From Alphaproteobacteria bacterium (GTDB lineage: Bacteria; Pseudomonadota; Alphaproteobacteria; Rhizobiales; Rhizobiaceae): a stretch of 64,000 bases of DNA. The stretch spans positions 8,405 through 72,404 of the forward strand of contig JBBCKE010000022.1 of NCBI GenBank assembly GCA_037190985.1, given 5' to 3'. The position numbers and the translations under genes are program-made. The notes under the pieces are model-generated. The model had not been told where the DNA came from. It did not search any database and saw nothing but the letters and a program-made list of their open reading frames with translations. Shown one piece after another: positions 52,342 to 60,880 of the stretch (position 1 is the first letter of the stretch; every line of letters starts with the position of its first letter).

Positions 52342-52812
52342 TCAGAGGAAGCCGATGAACCGGCCGGCGACGAGGACCGCCAGCCACAGCGCGATCGACA
52401 GCGCCGCCAGCGCCCTGGCTGCCGGCGGATAGGGCGCGCCGGCCGCCGCCGGCGCAGCGATCCGCCGGAACGCCCAGAAGTTCAGCCCGGCAAGGACGAG
52501 CAGCGCCAGCTTCGCCTGGAAGGCGGGGTTGGCCGCATATTCCCCCGCCCGGACCGAGAACAGGGTGAGGCCGGTCAGCACCGCGACCGGAAAGGCGAGC
52601 GCCGCCGTGACACGCATCAGGTGCAGAAACGGCTCCCGCTCGACCCCGCGCGCGAGGCCGAGAATGCGCAGATCCATCAGCACCACCGCGCCGACCAGCA
52701 TGCCGATCGACAGGATGTGCAGCGCGTTGACCAGCGGATAGGCATAGAACGACGCCTTCAGCGCGCCGGCCACGGGCAAGCGCTCGATGGCGGCGAGGAG
52801 ATCGGGCAGCAT
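52342..52812 (-). CDS. Four-TM membrane protein (DUF6644/DUF2214-like)
   Basis: YPLVNALHILSIG...DLRILG, NPAFQAKL, AGRFIGF; ATG at 52812. Confidence 0.8.
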   Translation of the reverse strand: MLPDLLAAIERLPVAGALKASFYAYPLVNALHILSIGMLVGAVVLMDLRILGLARGVEREPFLHLMRVTAALAFPVAVLTGLTLFSVRAGEYAANPAFQAKLALLVLAGLNFWAFRRIAAPAAAGAPYPPAARALAALSIALWLAVLVAGRFIGFL

Positions 52813-52817
52813 CCCGG

Positions 52818-53204
52818 TCAGTTCGTCGGCACCCGGTCGGGATAGACGTCGTAGGTGGCGCCATTGACGACGATGCGCGCGGCCTTCATCCAGCGGTCCG
52901 TCGCGTCTCGCGAGCGGTTGCCGATGGCGGTGACCTCGTCGCCGACCTTTGCCGTGTCCTCCATGAAGCCGGCGCGGGTCGTGGCCCGCGGCGTGGCAAG
53001 ATCGACGCGCCACACCTCGCCCTCCACGTCCACATCCAGCGTCGGATGCGGATTGCCGTAGTAGATCGCGGTGATGGTGCCGGTCAGCTCGAAGAACCCG
53101 TCCTCGGTCCAGGCCCAGCCGTGATGCGCGAGCGCCGCGGGGGCGCCGGAAGCGGCGAGCGCCGCGGCGGCGAGAGCGGCGCGGAAGAAGGCGGAGACGG
53201 CCAT
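52818..53204 (-). CDS. Secreted protein, DUF6152-like (mature N-terminus HHGW)
   Basis: Signal peptide ALA|HHGW; NPH motif; YDVYPDR end; ATG at 53204 with GGAGGA SD. Confidence 0.82.
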   Translation of the reverse strand: MAVSAFFRAALAAAALAASGAPAALAHHGWAWTEDGFFELTGTITAIYYGNPHPTLDVDVEGEVWRVDLATPRATTRAGFMEDTAKVGDEVTAIGNRSRDATDRWMKAARIVVNGATYDVYPDRVPTN

Positions 53205-53301
53205 GTGTTCCTCCTGCATGGATCAGCCTCCCCGCCGGAAAGCCTACGGCGCGCCGGGCGGGCGTCAAATCACTTACGCCTGATCGTCCCGATGACGCCG
53301 A

Positions 53302-53329
53302 TTGACTCCTGACGCGAACGGCGTAAAAG
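53302..53329 (+). promoter_or_regulatory. Sigma70-like promoter for the asd leader
   Basis: TTGACT-N16-TAAAAG, 25 nt upstream of the uORF ATG. Confidence 0.5.
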
Positions 53330-53354
53330 GCGGGCGCGAACCGGGATCAACGCG

Positions 53355-53486
53355 ATGCGCGGCCTTGTGACTGCATTTCTGGCATTCTATGCCTTCGGCG
53401 GAGCCTTCTCCGCCGCGGGGCTCGGGCCTTCGCGCGCGCATTCCGGCAAAACCACGGCCAAGACTACGACCGCGAAAACGGTCTGA
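53355..53486 (+). CDS. Putative asd leader peptide (43 aa, Thr/Lys-rich)
   Basis: MRGLVTAFLAFYAFGGAFSAAGLGPSRAHSGKTTAKTTTAKTV*; 6 Thr and 3 Lys in the last 12 sense codons. Confidence 0.65.
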   Translation: MRGLVTAFLAFYAFGGAFSAAGLGPSRAHSGKTTAKTTTAKTV

Positions 53487-53677
53487 TCCCCCTTGGCCTG
53501 CTCGCCCCTCTCCCCGGGTCCGGCCCGAGGGAGGCGGAACCCGCGGCGGCCGGCGGGGCTTCTCCTGAAAGACCAAGCGGAGAGATCGAGCGCGATGCCG
53601 AACCGCAGCCCCGTCTGAATCGAACGCGGCGGCCGGTTTCAAGGGACGGGATCGCGCTCCGACAAGGAGCAAGCGAA

Positions 53678-54712
53678 ATGGGTTTCAAGATTGCAGTCGC
53701 CGGCGCCACGGGCAATGTCGGGCGCGAAATGCTCACCATCCTCGAGGAACGCGGCTTCCCGGCCGACGAGGTCGTGGCGCTCGCCTCGCGCCGCTCGGTC
53801 GGCACCGAGGTCTCCTACGGCGACAGGACGCTGAAGGTGAAGGACCTCGCCACCTACGATTTCTCCGACACCGACATCTGCCTGATGTCGGCCGGCGGCA
53901 ACGTCTCCAAGGAATGGTCGCCGAAGATCGGCGCTCAGGGCTGCGTCGTCATCGACAATTCCTCGGCCTGGCGCTACGACGCCGACGTGCCGCTGATCGT
54001 GCCGGAAGTGAACCCCAACGCGGTCGAGGGCTTCTCGAAGCGCAACATCATCGCCAATCCCAATTGCTCGACCGCCCAGCTCGTCGTCGCGCTGAAGCCG
54101 CTGCACGACCGCGCCACCATCAGGCGCGTCGTCGTCGCCACCTACCAGTCCGTCTCGGGCGCGGGCAAGGAGGGCATGGACGAGCTGTTCACCCAGACGC
54201 GCGCCGTCTTCGTCAACGACCCCGTGGAGCGCAAGAAGTTCACCAAGCGCATCGCCTTCAACGTCATTCCCCATATCGACGTCTTCATGGAAGACGGCCA
54301 GACCAAGGAGGAATGGAAGGTGACGGCCGAGACCAAGAAGATGCTCGACCCGAAGATCAAGGTCACCTGCACGGCCGTGCGCGTGCCGGTGTTCATCGGC
54401 CATTCCGAGGCCGTCAACATCGAGTTCGAGAAGCCGATCACGGCCGACGAGGCGCGCGACATCCTGCGCGAGGCGCCCGGCTGCCTCGTCATCGACAAGC
54501 GCGAGGACGGCGGCTACATCACGCCGCACGAATCCGCCGGCGAGGACGCGACCTATATCAGCCGCATCCGCGAGGACCCGACCATCGACAACGGCCTCAA
54601 CATGTGGGTCGTCTCCGACAATCTGCGCAAGGGCGCGGCGCTGAACACGGTGCAGATCGCCGAGCTGCTCGTCGCGCGCGGCCTGATCCAGCCGAAGAAG
54701 CAGGCCGCCTGA
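53678..54712 (+). CDS. asd: Aspartate-semialdehyde dehydrogenase
   Basis: GATGNVG, IDNSSAWR, ANPNCST, YQSVSGAG, DNLRKGAALN. Confidence 0.97.
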   Translation: MGFKIAVAGATGNVGREMLTILEERGFPADEVVALASRRSVGTEVSYGDRTLKVKDLATYDFSDTDICLMSAGGNVSKEWSPKIGAQGCVVIDNSSAWRYDADVPLIVPEVNPNAVEGFSKRNIIANPNCSTAQLVVALKPLHDRATIRRVVVATYQSVSGAGKEGMDELFTQTRAVFVNDPVERKKFTKRIAFNVIPHIDVFMEDGQTKEEWKVTAETKKMLDPKIKVTCTAVRVPVFIGHSEAVNIEFEKPITADEARDILREAPGCLVIDKREDGGYITPHESAGEDATYISRIREDPTIDNGLNMWVVSDNLRKGAALNTVQIAELLVARGLIQPKKQAA

Positions 54713-54811
54713 CCGCACTTTTCGATCCGGTGGCGCTGCCGCAAAGGCCCGCGCCACCGCCTCAAGCGGGCGGGGCGGGCCTCAGATAGGGCTCATGCGA
54801 AAGGGGAAAGC

Positions 54812-54997
54812 CTAGCCGGCTTTCTCCTTTTTCGTGCCGGCATCGGCCGGCGTCGACATCGGGGCCGGGGCGGGCGCCTTGATGCTGGCGACCGTGTCCT
54901 TGTCGACCGAGGCGGTCGTGTCGCGTTTCATCGGGCAGGCGCTCGCCACGGACAGCGAAAGTCCAAGAGCGGCGGCTACGGCAAGAACGGTCTTCAT
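54812..54997 (-). CDS. Small secreted protein (61 aa)
   Basis: MKTVLAVAAALGLSLSVASA signal peptide; AGGAG SD; real start lies inside the track ORF 54812..55378. Confidence 0.7.
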   Translation of the reverse strand: MKTVLAVAAALGLSLSVASACPMKRDTTASVDKDTVASIKAPAPAPMSTPADAGTKKEKAG

Positions 54998-55193
54998 GCG
55001 TGGTCTCCTCGGCTTGCTTGGTTGACATGCCGGACAGCGGCGCGATCCCGCCGCCCCGGCCTGCTTCCTTTGCCGCATTCGTGCGACGCCGGACGAATCC
55101 CGTCCGGCCGCAAAAATGCTCCGGGCAACGACGGGAAGGCTAGCAGCCGTTCGCGGCTTCGCCAAATCACGTTTGCCGTGAGATGGCGCTATG

Positions 55194-55218
55194 GGAACCA
55201 TCGCCGCGCCTTCGCATT
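55194..55218 (+). promoter_or_regulatory. EcfG/RpoE2-like general-stress promoter
   Basis: GGAAC-N16-CATT, 41 nt upstream of the stress-family gene. Confidence 0.5.
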
Positions 55219-55259
55219 TCCCGTTGGTCAGGCAACACCATAAGTGCAAGGAGAGGGTC

Positions 55260-55511
55260 ATGGACGACGCAGGCATCGGCTGGATCGCGGCCATCATCAT
55301 CGGCGGTCTCGCCGGCTGGATCGCATCCAACTTCATGAACAGCAACACCGGCGTTCTCGCCAACATCATCCTCGGCATCGTCGGCGCGGCAGTGGCGAGC
55401 TTCCTGCTCGGCCTGCTCGGCGTCTCGTTCGGCGGCTGGCTCGGCTATCTCGTCGCCGGCTTCGTCGGCGCCTGCATCCTGATCGCCGGCGCGCGCGCAG
55501 TCCGCAGCTGA
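55260..55511 (+). CDS. GlsB/YeaQ/YmgE family stress-response membrane protein
   Basis: IIIGGLAGWIAS...NIILGIVGA...GFVGACILI; ATG at 55260. Confidence 0.9.
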   Translation: MDDAGIGWIAAIIIGGLAGWIASNFMNSNTGVLANIILGIVGAAVASFLLGLLGVSFGGWLGYLVAGFVGACILIAGARAVRS

Positions 55512-55535
55512 CGCGCCACTGGCGTCATCATAGGG

Positions 55536-56609
55536 CTATCGGATCGCCTCGACCCGGTAGCCCTTCTCGCGCAGTAGCTCAATCATGCCTTCCTCGCCGG
55601 GCAGGTGCAGCGCGCCGACGGCGATGAAGGCCCCGCCCGCGTCGATGAACGGCGCGGCGCGGTCGGTCATGGTGCGGTTGCGCGCCGTGACCATGGTTTC
55701 CTCAAAGGCGGAGAATCCGTCGGCATCGCCGCCGGCCGGCAGCGCGGCGCGGAAGAACGGCCAGAACATGCCGGTGTCCCCGGCGAGATAAAGCACCACC
55801 ATCGTCTCGATCACGTCGTCGACGGCCTCGCCAAGCTTCAGCGTGTCGATCAGCCCGCGGATGTGGAACTCCATCGGCAGCGACGCCATCGCGCCGAGCT
55901 GGTCGGCGATGGTCTCCAGCCCGCCGAGCGCCTTGCCCGCCGCCTCGCCATCGTTCGCCAGTTGCGCGTCGAGCACCGGCGCGCCGGCCGCCTTGCGCGC
56001 GTGCTCGCAGGCCGGCAGCGCCACCATCGCCGAGATCATCCACGGCTTCATCTTGGCGACGCTCGCCGGCGGGATGCCGCGCTCGGTGAGCGCGGCCTCG
56101 AGCGCGGCGCGCTCGTCCTCGGGCACCAGCGACAGCAGCGTCGTGCCGTCGGTGAACATGGTCAGCTCCGGATTGGCGAGCATCGCCGCCATCACCTTGG
56201 CCTGGTCGAGCACCTCGGTCGTCTCGATGACCACGGTCGAGGACCTGTCGAACGCCTCGCGCGCCTTCGGGCCGAGCGATACCACGCGCGGGTCCGCCAT
56301 GTGCATGGTGCCGAAGAGGTGGGACGGCTCCGCCCCGTCCTTCTCGATCCGCCAGAGCACGCCCTTGCCGTTGACGACCTCGGCCGCCTCGGCGCGGATG
56401 CCGGCCAGCTTGCCCGGATCGTCGCGCTCCAGCGCCGCGAGGAGGTTCTCGCCGGTGCAGGCGATCGGCGCGCCCTGCGCCGCCGCTTGCCGGACGCAAA
56501 AGGCCAGCGTCGCGAGGAAGACGGCGATGAAAAGGATATTGAGCGCGGCCAGCCCCTTCAGGGCGAGCTCGGCGGCGCGTTCGGAAATTGCGAGGCTGCG
56601 CGGGTTCAT
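55536..56609 (-). CDS. TraB/GumN family protein
   Basis: LWRIEK...SHLFGTMH, GLETIADQL, RNRTM, FIAVGALHLPG. Confidence 0.9.
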   Translation of the reverse strand: MNPRSLAISERAAELALKGLAALNILFIAVFLATLAFCVRQAAAQGAPIACTGENLLAALERDDPGKLAGIRAEAAEVVNGKGVLWRIEKDGAEPSHLFGTMHMADPRVVSLGPKAREAFDRSSTVVIETTEVLDQAKVMAAMLANPELTMFTDGTTLLSLVPEDERAALEAALTERGIPPASVAKMKPWMISAMVALPACEHARKAAGAPVLDAQLANDGEAAGKALGGLETIADQLGAMASLPMEFHIRGLIDTLKLGEAVDDVIETMVVLYLAGDTGMFWPFFRAALPAGGDADGFSAFEETMVTARNRTMTDRAAPFIDAGGAFIAVGALHLPGEEGMIELLREKGYRVEAIR

Positions 56610-56672
56610 GCCCGCACGCTAGCGGCGAAATGCGGCCAAACCGTTAAGCGCGGCGGTGGATCATGAGGCCGC

Positions 56673-57095
56673 TCACATCTTCTCGCCGGGCAGGCGGCTG
56701 GCCTGCGCCACCCAGTCGGCGAACTGCGCCTCGTCGAACGCCTCGCCCTCGTGGATGTGGACATAGCGCACATTGTCCTGCTTCGACGCCACCGGCGGGA
56801 CGGGATCGAGCGACGTGCCGCGGAAGAACGCGACCTTGATGTATTTGGTCATGCAGTGGAAGCTCATGAACCAGACGCCGTCCTCGACGCCGTAGAGGGG
56901 CGAGTTCCATTTCACCGCCTTGCGCACGCCGGGAACCGTGCGGGCGACGATGGCGTCGATGCGGCGGCCGACGCCGCTTTTCCAGCCCGGCATGGCGGCG
57001 AGATAGGCCTCGACCGGCGCGTCGCCGTAACCCTTGGCAATCTGCGGGTTGCCGCCCGACAGCAACACGGGCTTGTCCGTTGTCTTCCCTGCCAT
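56673..57095 (-). CDS. DUF1801 family protein
   Basis: LLSGGNPQIAKG, AVKWNSPLYG, KVAFFRG. Confidence 0.85.
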   Translation of the reverse strand: MAGKTTDKPVLLSGGNPQIAKGYGDAPVEAYLAAMPGWKSGVGRRIDAIVARTVPGVRKAVKWNSPLYGVEDGVWFMSFHCMTKYIKVAFFRGTSLDPVPPVASKQDNVRYVHIHEGEAFDEAQFADWVAQASRLPGEKM

Positions 57096-57107
57096 CGCTC
57101 TCTCCTT

Positions 57108-58046
57108 CTAGGCGCGCGGATGCGCGGCGTCGTAGATGTCGAGCAGCCGCGCCGTATCGACGCCGGTATAGATCTGCGTGGTGGAAAGGCTGGCGTGGCC
57201 CAAAAGTTCCTGGATGGTGCGCAGGTCGCCGCCGCCGGCCAGGAGATGCGTGGCGAAGGAATGGCGCAGCGCGTGCGGCGTCGCGCTGTCGGGCAGGCCG
57301 AGCGCCGAGCGCAGCCTGACCATCTCGCGCTGGACGATCTCGGGCCTGAGCGGCCCGCCGCGCGCGCCGCGGAACAGCGGCCCGTCCGCGTCGAGATGGA
57401 AGGGGCAGAGCCGGCGATATTCGGCGACAGCGCGCAGAGCGGCTGGCAGCACTGGCGCGAGCCGCGTCTTGCCGCCCTTGCCGGTGACGCGCAGCATCGC
57501 CTCGGCCTCATTCACGAGGTCGCTTCCGGTCAGCGCCAGCGCCTCGGAGATGCGCAGGCCGCAGCCGTAGAGCAGCGTCAGCACGGCGGCGTTGCGGGCC
57601 GCGATCCACGACTCCTCCGCGAGCTGCCCGTCGGCCGAGACGACCGTGCGCGCATCGGCGGCGGTCAGCGGCCGCGGCAGCGATTTCGGCTGCTTCGGCG
57701 CGCGCATCGCCGCCGCGCCGGCCGCGTTGACCAGCCCGCGCCGCTCGAGGAAGCGCAGGAAGGAGCGGATGCCGGCGAGCCCGCGCCCGAGCGAGCGGGC
57801 GCCCACGCCGTCCTTGCGCCGCTGGGCGAGGAAGGCGCGCAGGTCCACCGGCTTCAGCGCCGCGAGGTCACTGACGCCGGGCGCGCCGCCATTGTAGCCG
57901 GTCATGAAATGCAGGAACTGGCGCGTGTCGCGCTCATAGGCCTCGACGGTCGCCGGCGACAGCCGCCGCTCGCCCGCCAGCGCGGCAAGCCAGTCTGCCC
58001 GCGCCTTCTGGAGGTCCGGCCGGGCGGGGATGAGGAATTGTTCCAT
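57108..58046 (-). CDS. xerC: Tyrosine recombinase XerC
   Basis: LYGCGLRISE, GKGGKTR, TPHALRHSFATHLL, IQELLGHASLSTTQIYT; ATG at 58046. Confidence 0.92.
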   Translation of the reverse strand: MEQFLIPARPDLQKARADWLAALAGERRLSPATVEAYERDTRQFLHFMTGYNGGAPGVSDLAALKPVDLRAFLAQRRKDGVGARSLGRGLAGIRSFLRFLERRGLVNAAGAAAMRAPKQPKSLPRPLTAADARTVVSADGQLAEESWIAARNAAVLTLLYGCGLRISEALALTGSDLVNEAEAMLRVTGKGGKTRLAPVLPAALRAVAEYRRLCPFHLDADGPLFRGARGGPLRPEIVQREMVRLRSALGLPDSATPHALRHSFATHLLAGGGDLRTIQELLGHASLSTTQIYTGVDTARLLDIYDAAHPRA

Positions 58047-58241
58047 GCCGTCACTCTGGAGGATCGTGGTTAGCGGCAGGTGAATCAAACCGCTTTCCCG
58101 AAAAACGGCCAAAGGCCGCAAGCCCGACCGGGCGTCGCGCCTGATGGCCCGCCCCCGCGGAGGGCCAGCCGCCGGCAGGCGGCGGTACGGCCCGTGAGCG
58201 AGAATATTGATCCCCGCCCGCCGCGCCGCTACAGACGAGCG

Positions 58242-58802
58242 ATGAAGAAGCTCGAAAATCCGGTCCGGATGGCAACCATCGGCGCGGCGCACGGCATCAA
58301 AGGCGAGGTGCGGGTCAAGACCTTCACCGGCGATCCCATGGCGCTGGGCGACTACGGCCCGCTTCACGATGCCGAGGGCCGCACCTATACGGTCGCGGCG
58401 CTGCGCCCGGCCAAAACCGTGCTCGTCGTGCGCTTCCGCGAGATCGCCTCGCGCGAGGCGGCGGAGGCCGCGACCGGCACCGCGCTCTACGTCGACCGCT
58501 CGGCGCTGCCCGACGACCTCGGCGAGGATGAGTTCTACCATGCCGACCTGATCGGCCTTGCCGTGCGCGACGAGACGGGCGGCGAGATCGGCCGTGTCGC
58601 GGCGATGCAGGATTTCGGCGGCGGCGACATCGTCGAGATCGCGCTGGCCGGCGGCAGGACGGCGATGGTGCCGTTCACGCTGGCGGCGATTCCCGAGATC
58701 TCGATCGCGGGCGGCTTCGTCCGCATCGATACAGTGGCGGCCGGGCTCGGCGGGGACGAGGACGGCGAAGGCGGGGACGACAGGGGCGAGGACGGGCGAT
58801 GA
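58242..58802 (+). CDS. rimM: Ribosome maturation factor
   Basis: [28 protein letters not shown]; ATG at 58242. Confidence 0.95.
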   Translation: MKKLENPVRMATIGAAHGIKGEVRVKTFTGDPMALGDYGPLHDAEGRTYTVAALRPAKTVLVVRFREIASREAAEAATGTALYVDRSALPDDLGEDEFYHADLIGLAVRDETGGEIGRVAAMQDFGGGDIVEIALAGGRTAMVPFTLAAIPEISIAGGFVRIDTVAAGLGGDEDGEGGDDRGEDGR

Positions 58803-59497
58803 GCTTCCGCGCCACGGTGCTGACGCTCTATCCCGAGATGTTCCCCGGCAACCTCGGCCATTCGCTCGCCGGCAGGGCGCTGGAAGCCGGCACGTGGTCG
58901 CTGGAGACGGTGCAGATCCGCGATTTCGCCACCGACCGCCACCGCACGGTCGACGACACGCCGGCCGGCGGCGGCGCAGGCATGGTGATGCGCGCCGACG
59001 TGCTTGCAAGGGCCATCGACCATGCCGCTCCGCAAGGCGACGCGCGCCCGAAGCTGCTGATGAGCCCGCGCGGAAAGCCGCTGACGCAGGCCCGCGTGCG
59101 CGCGCTCGCGGCCGGGCCGGGCGCGGTGATCCTGTGCGGCCGCTTCGAGGGCGTCGACCAGCGGCTGATCGAGGCGCGGGCGCTGGAGGAGGTCTCGGTC
59201 GGCGACTACATCCTCTCCGGCGGCGAGCCGGCGGCGCTCACGCTGCTCGACGCCGTGGTGCGGCTCTTGCCCGGCGTCATGGGCAACGAGGCGTCGGGCG
59301 AGGAGGAGAGCTTCGAGGGCGGCCTGCTCGAACACCCGCATTATACGCGCCCGCAGCTTTTCGAGGGGCGCGCGATTCCCGACGTGCTCACCTCCGGCAA
59401 CCATGGGCGGATCGCGGCATGGCGGCGCGAGGAAGCCGAGAAGCTGACGCGCGCGCGGCGGCCCGACCTGTGGCGGGCAAGGGAGGACGAGGCATGA
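58799..59497 (+). CDS. trmD: tRNA (guanine37-N1)-methyltransferase
   Basis: [38 protein letters not shown]. Confidence 0.97.
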   Translation: MSFRATVLTLYPEMFPGNLGHSLAGRALEAGTWSLETVQIRDFATDRHRTVDDTPAGGGAGMVMRADVLARAIDHAAPQGDARPKLLMSPRGKPLTQARVRALAAGPGAVILCGRFEGVDQRLIEARALEEVSVGDYILSGGEPAALTLLDAVVRLLPGVMGNEASGEEESFEGGLLEHPHYTRPQLFEGRAIPDVLTSGNHGRIAAWRREEAEKLTRARRPDLWRAREDEA

Positions 59498-59847
59498 TCC
59501 GCCTGCTGCGGCTGGAGAACGCCGCGCTGGCGGCGCTCGCCATCGGCCTGTACTGGGCGAGCGGCGCGAGCTGGTGGCTGTTCGCCGCTCTCATCCTCGT
59601 GCCGGACCTCTCCTTCATCGGCTACCTGCGCGGCCCGAGGGTCGGCGCGCGCGTCTACAATGCCGCCCATAGCTGGATCGGCCCGGTCCTCGCCGGCACG
59701 GCCGGCTGGCTTGCGAGCGAGCCGCTCGCCGTCTCCGTCGCGCTGGTCTGGGCTGCTCATATCGGCCTCGACCGGGCGCTGGGCTATGGTCTCAAGCACG
59801 AAAGCGGCTTTGCCGACACCCATCTCGGCCGCATCGGCAGGCATTGA
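59494..59847 (+). CDS. DUF4260 family membrane protein
   Basis: LLRLE...[22 protein letters not shown]...[14 protein letters not shown]...THLG. Confidence 0.88.
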   Translation: MIRLLRLENAALAALAIGLYWASGASWWLFAALILVPDLSFIGYLRGPRVGARVYNAAHSWIGPVLAGTAGWLASEPLAVSVALVWAAHIGLDRALGYGLKHESGFADTHLGRIGRH

Positions 59848-59870
59848 CCGCCCGAAAAGAAGCCCGGCAG

Positions 59871-60046
59871 TTGATTCTTTGCCGCAAATTGTGTATCGCC
59901 GCGCCAGTTCCGGGCAAAGCCGGACATCCGCCAACCAAGGAATGGTGAAACCGTCCCTGCCTTCATGGGCATAGCCGCACGGCCGCGAGCCGGTGCGGCG
60001 AGCGCCGGACGCTCTGACCATTCGAGAAGAACCAAGGATCAGGACG
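59871..60046 (+). promoter_or_regulatory. rplS promoter and structured 5' leader
   Basis: TTGATT-N17-TATCGC; closing stem gaatggt/accattc around three hairpins. Confidence 0.55.
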
Positions 60047-60589
60047 ATGGTCGACATCATTCGCCAGCTCGAGGCCGAGCAGGCCGCCAAGATCGAAGAG
60101 AAGCGCAAGCTCCCCGAATTCCAGCCCGGCGACACGGTGCGCGTCAACGTGCGCATCACCGAAGGCAACCGTACCCGCGTGCAGGCCTATGAGGGCGTGT
60201 GCATCGCCCGCTCCGGCGCCGGCTTCCAGGAGAACTTCACCGTCCGCAAGATCTCCTACGGCGAGGGCGTCGAGCGCGTCTTCCCGGTCTATTCGCCGCT
60301 GGTCGAGGGTGTCGACGTCATCCGCCGCGGCAAGGTGCGCCGCGCCAAGCTCTATTACCTGCGCGACCGCCGCGGCAAGTCGGCCCGCATCTCGGAGAAC
60401 ACCGGCGTGCGCGCCCGCAAGCTGAACGACGACGAGCGCGAGGCGCTCGCCGCCGAGAAGGCGCGGATCGAGGCCGAGAAGGTCGCCGCCGCCCAGGCGC
60501 TCGCCGCCGAGAAGGCTGCGGCCGAGGCCGCCGAAAAGGCCGCTGCCGAGGCTGCCGAGAAGGCCGCCGCGGAAGCATCGGCCGAATAG
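60047..60589 (+). CDS. rplS: 50S ribosomal protein L19 with Ala/Glu/Lys-rich tail
   Basis: [35 protein letters not shown]; ATG at 60047. Confidence 0.97.
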   Translation: MVDIIRQLEAEQAAKIEEKRKLPEFQPGDTVRVNVRITEGNRTRVQAYEGVCIARSGAGFQENFTVRKISYGEGVERVFPVYSPLVEGVDVIRRGKVRRAKLYYLRDRRGKSARISENTGVRARKLNDDEREALAAEKARIEAEKVAAAQALAAEKAAAEAAEKAAAEAAEKAAAEASAE

Positions 60590-60615
60590 GCCGCCCGCGC
60601 GAGGGATTCTTGAAC

Positions 60616-60638
60616 ATGGCGGCTTCGGCCGCCATTTT
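60616..60638 (+). terminator. Intrinsic terminator after rplS
   Basis: atggcggc-ttcg-gccgccat followed by ttt. Confidence 0.8.
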
Positions 60639-60703
60639 CATGTGAGCCGGCTGCGGGAAGCGCCGCGATTGTCGCGCGCCGCAAAGGCTGGTATGAGCAA
60701 GGC

Positions 60704-60820
60704 ATGGAAGAGCTTTTCGGACATCCGGCCTACACGCGCTTCGTCCTTCAGGACGTCAAGCGCCTGCCGGCCCGTTTCTTCGCCCGCCTTTCCGGCGCGC
60801 GACTTGCCCGCACGTCCTAG
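60704..60820 (+). CDS. Putative leuC leader peptide (38 aa, probably leaderless)
   Basis: MEELFGHPAYTRFVLQDVKRLPARFFARLSGARLARTS*; TTGTCG-N17-TATGAG places +1 at about the ATG; 4 of 5 Leu codons are CTT. Confidence 0.55.
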   Translation: MEELFGHPAYTRFVLQDVKRLPARFFARLSGARLARTS

Positions 60821-60880
60821 GCGCGCCCGCCGGCCCTGCCCGGTTTCTCTTCCATCACCCATATCGACGGATCGACGCAC

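Noticed and set aside
57108-58046. Tyrosine recombinase as the integrase of an island or prophage
   Set aside because: Length and motifs fit housekeeping XerC. There is no adjacent tRNA, att-like repeat, phage gene or composition shift.
58047-58241. rimM-trmD-rplS lacking upstream rpsP/ffh as a recent rearrangement
   Set aside because: No scar or repeat at the junction. From memory an xerC/rimM divergent layout occurs in Mesorhizobium-like genomes, so it is probably lineage-normal (unverified).
60440-60589. 24-bp quasi-repeats at the end of rplS
   Set aside because: They encode an AAEKAAAE helical extension, a common feature of rhizobial L19. Not a CRISPR or mobile repeat.
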